Shown here: one piece after another, positions 45,355 to 52,447 of the stretch
Layout of the letters: every line of letters begins with the position of its first letter
How positions within the stretch are numbered: the first letter of the stretch is position 1
Source of the DNA: a bacterium
Lineage (GTDB): Bacteria; Patescibacteriota; Saccharimonadia; Saccharimonadales; JAUPVS01
Direction of reading: 5' to 3'
Length of the DNA: 64,000 nt
Assembly (NCBI GenBank): GCA_029780855.1
Contig: JAKOXV010000013.1
Location: 28,873 to 92,872 of the forward strand
Made by a program: the position numbers and the translations under genes
The notes under the pieces: generated by a model
What the model was told of the DNA's origin: nothing
What the model saw: only the letters and a program-made list of their open reading frames with translations
The model's database searches: none

Positions 45355-46846
45355 CGTCAATATCGGGAAGCTTTGGGGTAACGTGCATAACGGGGAGGCA
45401 AATATTCCTACCCTTCCATTCTACGGTCGAAAACTCATAACGATACATGGATTCGTTAATCAGATATAGTTCGGACATAAAAACAAAAGGTAGATTTGCA
45501 ATGCCTAAAAATGCACCCTTTGGATTGCTCAGGCGCATAATTATGACATGAGCCACGGTAAGTAAAATAATACTGAACAAAGCGATTAGTGCTGCAGAAT
45601 CAATTCCGGTATATAGTCCCTTCAGTACGGTTGCATATGGTTCAAGCAAAAAGACTACGATGAAAAATGATATTGATAGAACAGATTCAGGTCTTTTATG
45701 CATTTCTGGATATCGTACTCGTATAGCAGTATTAAACTGATCACGTGGCGGTTTTAAGGTGGTTACTGCTATTTCGTTAGTACTTCTAAGAAACTGATAC
45801 TTACCAGACTTGTGTGTCTCTCGGGCAAAGTATGTTTCCGGTCGAACACGACGACTAACCGCATCGAAGGATCCTTTACTATCCAGAGCGTCTTTCTGGA
45901 TCAACCAACAACTACTTAAAGACGGTGGTTGGACGAGTAGGTAGCGTGGTATTGCAAGTTCCCACCAGTACCTAAGCGGCTGTATGATTTGTTCGGTAAT
46001 AGAATATTGGACTCTACTAGGCAATATTGAAATCATGTCTAATTTGTTTTCAATCATATACTGTACTGCGTTTTGTATGCTGTCTTTTTCGAACCTTACA
46101 TCTACTCCGCAAAAGAGGATGATATCGCCTGTGGCCGCATCGGATAGTGCGTCGTATGCCTGATTCTTTGCTAGCCAGTTCAAATGCGGTTCTTCACCAT
46201 GAATAAATCGGACGCCCGCATGCGCAAAATGTTTCACCACATCGGACGTTGCGGTTTGTGAGCAATCATCAAACACAATTGTTTCCAGTTTGGGATACGA
46301 AGAGTTAACTATAGATTCCAGACAATCGAATAAAGCCGTCGTTTCATTACGTGCAGGAATACACACCGAGACGGTTGGTAGGTCCCTTTGAGCATGTGGC
46401 GCTATAGAACCAATTAATTTTGATCTACGAAAGCCGATCATAATATTTAGCACTATCCACATTGCAACAAACACCTGCGCTATAGAGAGAATTAGCATAG
46501 ACCATCGTTCAGGGTGGAGTATATATACTGAAGTTGTTAGCAGTAGTTGAATTGCAACAAGCCACAGTGAACTTCTAATGACTACTCTGCGTAAATAGGC
46601 ACTATGCATACGTCCTTCTATAATTCTGGTTAAGTTAATAATCCTATATACCGAAACAAATGAAAAAACGATAGCGACCGGCGGATTGGTTTGCATAAAA
46701 ACCCATAAAGTTAAGACAACGATTCCAACTACTATTCCAGTTGATAGTAACTTACGGATGCGCCAAAAAGGGGGGATTAAGAGCATGAAGAGTTCGATAC
46801 AAAATAGACAAAGATACGCAACTACACCTGTTTCGGTAATGCTCAT
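45335..46846 (-). CDS. Integral-membrane family-2 glycosyltransferase
   Basis: 503 aa with N-terminal TM helices, a GT2 core (VSVCIPARNE...IVFDDCS...FCGVD) and C-terminal TM helices. It converges on the kinase gene with a 20-nt overlap. Confidence 0.8.
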   Translation of the reverse strand: MSITETGVVAYLCLFCIELFMLLIPPFWRIRKLLSTGIVVGIVVLTLWVFMQTNPPVAIVFSFVSVYRIINLTRIIEGRMHSAYLRRVVIRSSLWLVAIQLLLTTSVYILHPERWSMLILSIAQVFVAMWIVLNIMIGFRRSKLIGSIAPHAQRDLPTVSVCIPARNETTALFDCLESIVNSSYPKLETIVFDDCSQTATSDVVKHFAHAGVRFIHGEEPHLNWLAKNQAYDALSDAATGDIILFCGVDVRFEKDSIQNAVQYMIENKLDMISILPSRVQYSITEQIIQPLRYWWELAIPRYLLVQPPSLSSCWLIQKDALDSKGSFDAVSRRVRPETYFARETHKSGKYQFLRSTNEIAVTTLKPPRDQFNTAIRVRYPEMHKRPESVLSISFFIVVFLLEPYATVLKGLYTGIDSAALIALFSIILLTVAHVIIMRLSNPKGAFLGIANLPFVFMSELYLINESMYRYEFSTVEWKGRNICLPVMHVTPKLPDIDATVDQV

Positions 46847-46874
46847 GGTAAAATCATACCCTGCCAGTAACTCC

Positions 46875-46903
46875 TTGACCAGAGCCTTTACTTACGGTAC
46901 TAT
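46875..46903 (+). promoter_or_regulatory. Putative secE-nusG promoter (TTGACC-17-TACTAT)
   Basis: By-eye consensus match in the divergent region between GT2 and secE. Confidence 0.45.
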
Positions 46904-46915
46904 TGACTTGACCGC

Positions 46916-46943
46916 AAAACCTACCATTTAGAGTAGGTTTTTT
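46916..46943 (+). terminator. Terminator-type hairpin inside the secE-nusG 5' leader
   Basis: Perfect 8-bp stem aaacctac / gtaggttt with an 8-nt loop and a T6 run. It lies ~7 nt after the predicted TSS and 6 nt before the secE SD. Confidence 0.5.
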
Positions 46944-46958
46944 AAATTAGGAGTGATT

Positions 46959-47378
46959 ATGGCGGAAAAAAAGAGTAAAGACGGTAAGCGGAAAGTAAGC
47001 CAAACCGTTCGTGAACGAACTAAAAGTAGCGAGTCCAAAAGTAATAAACGCCGCCTTCGGAAGACAGCCGGAACGGTGGCTAGGCCAGTAAAAGCCGGGG
47101 GAAGAGGCGTTAAAAAGGCTCTTCGACGGTTCTCATTTATTCTTAAACCGTTCAAAACACGTCCTGTGCGGGCAGTAGGGCGAATACTGTATAAGGTACT
47201 GTTTTTGCAGTTTATCGTTAACAGCTGGCGAGAACTAAAAAAGGTTACCTGGACAAGTAAGCGCCAGACTGCAAGCTTAACAGTAGCCGTATTTATCTTT
47301 GCTATCGCTTTTGGTGTGGTAATCGCGATCACTGATTATGGCCTAGACAAACTATTCAGAAAGGTATTACTCAAATGA
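46959..47378 (+). CDS. secE: Preprotein translocase subunit SecE with ~75-aa basic N-terminal extension
   Basis: ATG 46959 (AGGAG 5 nt upstream). The C-terminal SecE core reads ELKKVTWTSKRQT followed by a TM helix. Confidence 0.85.
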   Translation: MAEKKSKDGKRKVSQTVRERTKSSESKSNKRRLRKTAGTVARPVKAGGRGVKKALRRFSFILKPFKTRPVRAVGRILYKVLFLQFIVNSWRELKKVTWTSKRQTASLTVAVFIFAIAFGVVIAITDYGLDKLFRKVLLK

Positions 47379-47917
47379 GCAAACGTTACGACACAAGCAA
47401 ACAATGGTACGCAATCCACACATACAGTGGGTATGAAGAAAAAGTAGCAGAAAGCATCCGGCAACGAGCGGATAGTCTTGATATGAAAGACAAAATCTTT
47501 CAGGTTTTAGTTCCGAAAGAAAAGATGATTGAAGTGCGTAACAGTAAGCGCAAAGTTGTTGAAAAACGCATTTTTCAAGGCTATGTGCTTGTACAGATGA
47601 AGCTAACCGAAGACGCATGGTACATCGTCCGTAACACACCCTCTGTTACCGGATTCGTTGGTAGTGGTACTGAACCTACGCCGGTAAGCGATGAAGAAAT
47701 TGAAAAAATCATGAAGCGTATGGGTCGTGCCGAGCCTAAGCACAAAATTGATTACAAGGTCGGTGAAGTCGTAAGCATCACTGACGGGCCATTTAAGGGC
47801 TTTGACGGTACTATTAATGAACTTGATGAACAAAAAGGTAAGCTTAAGGTACTCGTGAACATGTTTGGCCGTGAAACACCGGTAGAACTTGACTCTCTGC
47901 AAGTAAAACGAGTGTAA
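47375..47917 (+). CDS. nusG: Transcription termination/antitermination factor NusG
   Basis: 180 aa with an NGN domain (WYAIHTYSGYEEKV) and a KOW domain (GEVVSITDGPFKGFDG). ATGA overlap with secE. Confidence 0.96.
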   Translation: MSKRYDTSKQWYAIHTYSGYEEKVAESIRQRADSLDMKDKIFQVLVPKEKMIEVRNSKRKVVEKRIFQGYVLVQMKLTEDAWYIVRNTPSVTGFVGSGTEPTPVSDEEIEKIMKRMGRAEPKHKIDYKVGEVVSITDGPFKGFDGTINELDEQKGKLKVLVNMFGRETPVELDSLQVKRV

Positions 47918-47919
47918 TT

Positions 47920-48183
47920 ATGCGCGATGGTACTGAAAAGATTTATAACTTTCAAAGGGTCAAAATCTTAGATAAGTTAGCAAGGTCAAAAAATGGTCCT
48001 ACAACATTTGCTTTGGGAGCAATGGCATTAGAATTTGGAGCAGGAGTTGCGATGGCAAATGGAGAACTGGTTGCAAGTTTTGCTCTTGCTTGTGCTGGAG
48101 TTATCCCAATTAGTCTAACAGTCGCAAGTACTGAGATATTAGTAAACTCCAGTGAAGAAGAAGTTTCTGGACAACAGGGGTGA
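47920..48183 (+). CDS. Hypothetical small membrane protein (2 TM helices) between nusG and rplK
   Basis: 87 aa. The ATG lies 2 nt after the nusG stop. It has Ala/Gly-rich hydrophobic segments. Confidence 0.5.
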   Translation: MRDGTEKIYNFQRVKILDKLARSKNGPTTFALGAMALEFGAGVAMANGELVASFALACAGVIPISLTVASTEILVNSSEEEVSGQQG

Positions 48184-48196
48184 CTTGTAGTATAAT
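48168..48196 (+). promoter_or_regulatory. Putative rplK promoter (TGGACA-17-TATAAT) with a 77-nt leader
   Basis: Perfect -10 hexamer and a 5/6 -35 match. It overlaps the 3' end of the small membrane ORF. Confidence 0.45.
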
Positions 48197-48273
48197 CTAC
48201 CAGTTACGCACTTCTATTCATAAATAAGAAAGGGAAGGAGAACCTCCTGCAAGAACGGGGTTCGAAATAAACT

Positions 48274-48705
48274 ATGGCAGATGCAAAGAAAGTAAAAGCG
48301 AATCTTAAGATGAAGATTCCAGCTGGAAAAGCCAGCGCAGCGCCTCCGGTAGGTAGCACGCTTGGACAGTACGGTGTTAACATGATGGATTTTATTAATC
48401 CATTTAACGACGCAACTAAAGAAATGCGTGGCACCGTTACGGCTCATATCACTATTTATGACGATCGAAGCATGGATTTCCGTGTAGTTTCACAGCCAAC
48501 AGACGATCTTATTCGTCAGAAGCTCAATATTAAAAAGGGTTCTGGTAAACCAAATAGCGAAAAGCTTCCACAAAAGCTAACTGATGCAATGTTGACTGAA
48601 ATTGCCGAAGAAAAAGCAAAAGACATGAATGCCGAAGACATAGAAGCAGTCAAAAAAATGGTTGCCGGCACGGCCCGCTCAATGGGTGTTGAAGTAGAAG
48701 GATAG
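48274..48705 (+). CDS. rplK: 50S ribosomal protein L11 (uL11)
   Basis: 143 aa with PAGKASAAPPVGSTLGQYGVN. Confidence 0.97.
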   Translation: MADAKKVKANLKMKIPAGKASAAPPVGSTLGQYGVNMMDFINPFNDATKEMRGTVTAHITIYDDRSMDFRVVSQPTDDLIRQKLNIKKGSGKPNSEKLPQKLTDAMLTEIAEEKAKDMNAEDIEAVKKMVAGTARSMGVEVEG

Positions 48706-48706
48706 T

Positions 48707-48874
48707 ATGGAGTTTGGTTTGTATCCGGGCATTCTCCTGACTGACGAAGAGGGCGCTCAGACAACTCGCCGTGTTATTGGTGAGACCCCGATATCGCCAG
48801 AATTATTTAGCAGTTTACGTAGAGCAATGCAATTACAAACCTTACTTAAGATAGAAGACTTACCAGAGAATTAA
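48707..48874 (+). CDS. Hypothetical 55-aa ORF between rplK and rplA (MEFGLYPGILLTDEEGAQTTRRVIGETPISPELFSSLRRAMQLQTLLKIEDLPEN)
   Basis: Not in the ORF track; I translated it by hand. The ATG lies 1 nt after the rplK stop, which suggests coupling. Confidence 0.35.
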   Translation: MEFGLYPGILLTDEEGAQTTRRVIGETPISPELFSSLRRAMQLQTLLKIEDLPEN

Positions 48875-48882
48875 AGTAATTA

Positions 48883-48912
48883 CGTGGGAGGCTTACGGCC
48901 GCTAGTACCACG
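48883..48912 (+). promoter_or_regulatory. Stem-loop just 5' of the rplA SD (cgtgg-ga-ggc-ttacg-gcc-gctagta-ccacg)
   Basis: Nested helices read from the sequence. A possible L1 autoregulatory site, but this is inference only. Confidence 0.25.
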
Positions 48913-48925
48913 AAGGAGAATAATC

Positions 48926-49903
48926 ATGGCAGAAGCCAAGAAAGCAAGCAAAAAGGCAAAAAACGAAGCTGAAAAGCTCGAGGAAATCAAGGCTACAGAA
49001 GCTAAGATTGTTGAAAAAGAAGCTGCTGAAATCGTAGAAGAAGCTGCAGTCGAAGAAAGAACGGAAAAAACAACCGCAAAAGCTGGTAAACGAAGTGCAA
49101 AGGCCGTAATGGAAAGCGAAGCAAAGCAGGCCAAAGAAGCACGAAAAGCCGCAAAATCAGAAGAAAAAGCAAAGGAAAAGCCTAAGCAGAAGCAAAATCC
49201 ACCAAAAAGCCAGTTAGAGCGTAAAGGTAAGAACTACCGAAAACTCGCTGAGTTAGTCGACAATACTAAGGAATACACCCTTAACGAAGCACTTGATTTA
49301 GCAACCAAAACCAACCCGGCTAAGTTTGATGCAACCGTTGAACTACATATCAGACTCGGTGTTGATCCGCGACACGCTGATCAAAACATTCGAGATATCG
49401 TTGTGTTGCCAGCAGGAACTGGTAAAACCGTTAAAATTGCAGTGTTTGCTGATGCTGAGGGCGCTGAAGCTGCTAAGAAGGCCGGTGCTGATATTGCCGG
49501 AGAAGAAGCAGTTCTTGCACTGTTAGAGAAAGGAAATCTGGACTTTGACGTACTCATTTCAACACCGCAGCTTATGGCTAAGCTTGGTAAGTACGCTCGA
49601 GTTCTAGGTCCCAAGGGCTTAATGCCTAACCCAAAAAGCGGTACCGTTGCGCCAGATGTAGCTAAGGCAGTCCAAGAAGCAAAGGCCGGACGGGTTGAGT
49701 ATCGTGTTGATAGCACGGGAATTGTACATCTTGGAATCGGAAAAGTAAGTTTTGGTAAGGATAAGCTTTCGCAGAACGCAAAGGCTGTTGTATCTAGCAT
49801 CAAAGCTGCGAAACCATCTTCTCTAAAGGGTGCTTACGTAAAAGGCTTCTTTGTCACCACCTCGATGGGTCCGAGCATCCAGGTCCAAACAAGCGAAATC
49901 TAA
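48926..49903 (+). CDS. rplA: 50S ribosomal protein L1 (uL1) with ~105-aa Lys/Glu/Ala-rich N-terminal extension
   Basis: ATG 48926 (AAGGAG 8 nt upstream). The canonical uL1 core begins near GKNYRKLAELVD. Total length is 325 aa, against ~230 for a typical uL1. Confidence 0.93.
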   Translation: MAEAKKASKKAKNEAEKLEEIKATEAKIVEKEAAEIVEEAAVEERTEKTTAKAGKRSAKAVMESEAKQAKEARKAAKSEEKAKEKPKQKQNPPKSQLERKGKNYRKLAELVDNTKEYTLNEALDLATKTNPAKFDATVELHIRLGVDPRHADQNIRDIVVLPAGTGKTVKIAVFADAEGAEAAKKAGADIAGEEAVLALLEKGNLDFDVLISTPQLMAKLGKYARVLGPKGLMPNPKSGTVAPDVAKAVQEAKAGRVEYRVDSTGIVHLGIGKVSFGKDKLSQNAKAVVSSIKAAKPSSLKGAYVKGFFVTTSMGPSIQVQTSEI

Positions 49904-49904
49904 T

Positions 49905-51581
49905 CTAACGAAGCTTGTTCATTGCTTTGTTGAGCGCATATACAGTCCGCGTAAAGTTCCGTACACCACCTCTATAGACGATGTACCTACTTCGCCACTG
50001 CGGACTGTATTTGGATTTGAACCGGTGTAAGCCACTAAACGAATAGAACCTATCACCATTTGCGTACAGAAATCGAAGTGAGGAATCGATTACCGATCTT
50101 TCTCCACTTTCTTTTTTTAGACCACTTAGTGGGCATAGTCCGAGATTAAAGGTGACATATCCTTTGGCTAAGCAGTGACTCATTGCGGCCATAAGTAGAT
50201 AGTCATTAATATTTCCTAGCGCGTATTTACCGTGTCGTAATAGGTCAAAGTTAGCTTCATGATCTTGGTATGAGGGTATGATATTTACGAAACCCTGTAC
50301 CGTACCGGCCGCATCACGGGCAATTACAAGCGTACTTTGCTGTATGTATTCTTCGGAAAAGTATCCCATCATAAAACCTCGTTCTTGTCTTCCAGGCTTG
50401 TGTAGCCAGTCATCGGATATTTCGTGTAAACGGTTAAGTATAGCTTCCTGGTGTGGCGGCTCAAGTATTTCGGTAGAGTAGTTTTGTTTCTCGAACTTAT
50501 TCCTAATTTGTCGAAAGTACTTTGTGGTTACCGTAGTTTCTGCAAACTCTTTGAGATCTACTACTGCTTCTTCACCAATTTTTTGCATAGACAACGACTC
50601 ATTCGCAACTCTTTCGCACTGTTTTTTTGTTAAATGAACAAATGCCGGTAGCCAATCGTTGGTCATACATAGTTCAGCAAATGAGTTTAATATAGGCGTT
50701 ACAGTGTTTTCCGCGCCGATTGGCGGTGAGACGGCCAGTGCAACCCCTCTTTCTATGTGGAATGGTAAAAAACCCTTACCGTCAGCGCTAAAAATATAGT
50801 TCTTGTCATGAGGCCAAATCGTGAAGAAATCCTCACTATCTTCTGAGTATTTTTGCAGTAGTTTTTCTGTGTGTTCCCTATTAACTGTCTGATCACTAAA
50901 CTTCGCTTTAATTGGCTGAAATAGGGAAACGATAACATATGCCACCGCGGCCGCACTTATGATATTGAGTGAATCGACAAATATTTTAGCTCGCCTGGTA
51001 TACGGTAGAAGTTCGTTGTCGGTTGTAAAATCAAACTGGTCTACCGTATGGTGGAGGGCTTTCGGAATTGTTATATCTTGATGAAAATCATGAGTATCGA
51101 GTAGTACGTATCCGGCCGTACCGTATACCACTATTATACCGATCATCAGGATAGCTACGCGTAGCGATGACCGAAATGACTGAATATCGCTCTTAACAAC
51201 ATACTGCCTACGTACCATGATTAGAAGGAGAACGATAACGGCGGGGATCACAATTGAACGGATGAACGCAAGGGGTTGGTGATGGATTTCAAATGTAAGG
51301 TATTGGTACGTATTTATGCTTAAAACTAAAGAATATAGCGGTATTGTAACTAGCCATGCAGCTTTTTTCCGCCTATTCAGCAACGTTCCGAGATAGACGA
51401 GTGTCATGCCGGCAAGTAACGGCAGACTGACCACAATATCGTTAATGTGAACATCACCATTATGAATAAATAGCTGGTTATATAGAGAGCCGGCAATGAT
51501 TAGTGTGCCGTTTGCAATAACACTATAAGAGATAACCTTGAGCCAAATATATTGTGAGTATTTTTTCATGCTACTGCTCAT
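49905..51581 (-). CDS. MprF-like membrane protein with C-terminal aminoacyl-phosphatidylglycerol synthase domain (DUF2156/LPG_synthase_C)
   Basis: 558 aa with ~6 N-terminal TM helices. The C-terminal domain ends ..FSGLHRFKSKYSPQWRSRYIVY, typical of this family. Confidence 0.75.
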   Translation of the reverse strand: MSSSMKKYSQYIWLKVISYSVIANGTLIIAGSLYNQLFIHNGDVHINDIVVSLPLLAGMTLVYLGTLLNRRKKAAWLVTIPLYSLVLSINTYQYLTFEIHHQPLAFIRSIVIPAVIVLLLIMVRRQYVVKSDIQSFRSSLRVAILMIGIIVVYGTAGYVLLDTHDFHQDITIPKALHHTVDQFDFTTDNELLPYTRRAKIFVDSLNIISAAAVAYVIVSLFQPIKAKFSDQTVNREHTEKLLQKYSEDSEDFFTIWPHDKNYIFSADGKGFLPFHIERGVALAVSPPIGAENTVTPILNSFAELCMTNDWLPAFVHLTKKQCERVANESLSMQKIGEEAVVDLKEFAETTVTTKYFRQIRNKFEKQNYSTEILEPPHQEAILNRLHEISDDWLHKPGRQERGFMMGYFSEEYIQQSTLVIARDAAGTVQGFVNIIPSYQDHEANFDLLRHGKYALGNINDYLLMAAMSHCLAKGYVTFNLGLCPLSGLKKESGERSVIDSSLRFLYANGDRFYSFSGLHRFKSKYSPQWRSRYIVYRGGVRNFTRTVYALNKAMNKLR

Positions 51582-51721
51582 AGTTTATACGGTTTTTGAT
51601 CTTGTGGTGCATTAAAACCAAAACATAAGAGTAAAACATCAGTTTGATAATTCTACAACAACTTAGTAAACCATAGCTATTGCGCCATACTATTACAGAA
51701 TCGTACAATATTTTGAAAGGA

Positions 51722-52447
51722 ATGGAGGAGTACGTGGGGGTTTATAGTAACGTTCAAATTAGAGAGGCTGTAGCAGATGGACATATTGTCTGCACGCCAT
51801 TTGATCCAAGACACGTGGCTCACGCGAGCCTAGATGTAACACTCGGCTACTATTACTACCGTACCGGCCAGGCACATAAGGGCTACGTATATAACCCATT
51901 CGATAAAAAAGATGTACAGAGATACTTTGGTGACGTCCATCAGGCGGTGATTCACCAGGATTGGTGTAACGCCAACGGTGTGAAGCTACTCGAGGGCATA
52001 CCGGCTGACCACCCAGTTATTCCCCTTCGTCCCGGTGAACGCATTCTTGCCCACACTCACGAATTCTTTGGTATTAGGCCACCGGGCGCCTGCGAGGTTA
52101 AAAGCCGTTCAAGCTGGGGACGGAATGGTGTAGCGGTGTGTTTTGATGCAGGCTGGATTGATCCCGGCTATATTAACCGATTAACTTTAGAAATCTATAA
52201 CCTTAACCAGCACGAAACCGTCTTGCTTCCAGTAGGTGAGCGAATAGCACAGATAGTGTTCCACAGTACTGGAGAAGTTGAAGGAGACTATGGCGAAGGA
52301 CGAGATAACGGATTCAGCGGAAAATATCAACGCGGCACTAATCTTGATGAATTGATTAGAAACTGGTCTCCAGATCAGATGCTGCCGCGTGCTTATAAAG
52401 ATACTCGCAAGCTGCCGGAGAATATAACGGGTTTAAAAGCGCGATGA
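51722..52447 (+). CDS. dcd: dCTP deaminase family protein (long form)
   Basis: ATG 51722 (gaaagga upstream); the track start TTG 51680 is possible. Motifs KSRSSWGRNGV, WIDPGYINRLTLEIYN, RIAQIVF, FSGKYQ. Confidence 0.85.
   Translation: MEEYVGVYSNVQIREAVADGHIVCTPFDPRHVAHASLDVTLGYYYYRTGQAHKGYVYNPFDKKDVQRYFGDVHQAVIHQDWCNANGVKLLEGIPADHPVIPLRPGERILAHTHEFFGIRPPGACEVKSRSSWGRNGVAVCFDAGWIDPGYINRLTLEIYNLNQHETVLLPVGERIAQIVFHSTGEVEGDYGEGRDNGFSGKYQRGTNLDELIRNWSPDQMLPRAYKDTRKLPENITGLKAR

Noticed and set aside
42693-46850. tRNA-Trp-associated genomic island or integrative element
   Set aside because: There is no integrase, recombinase, transposase or phage genes. I found no direct repeat of the tRNA-Trp 3' half. 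The accessory genes look chromosomal.
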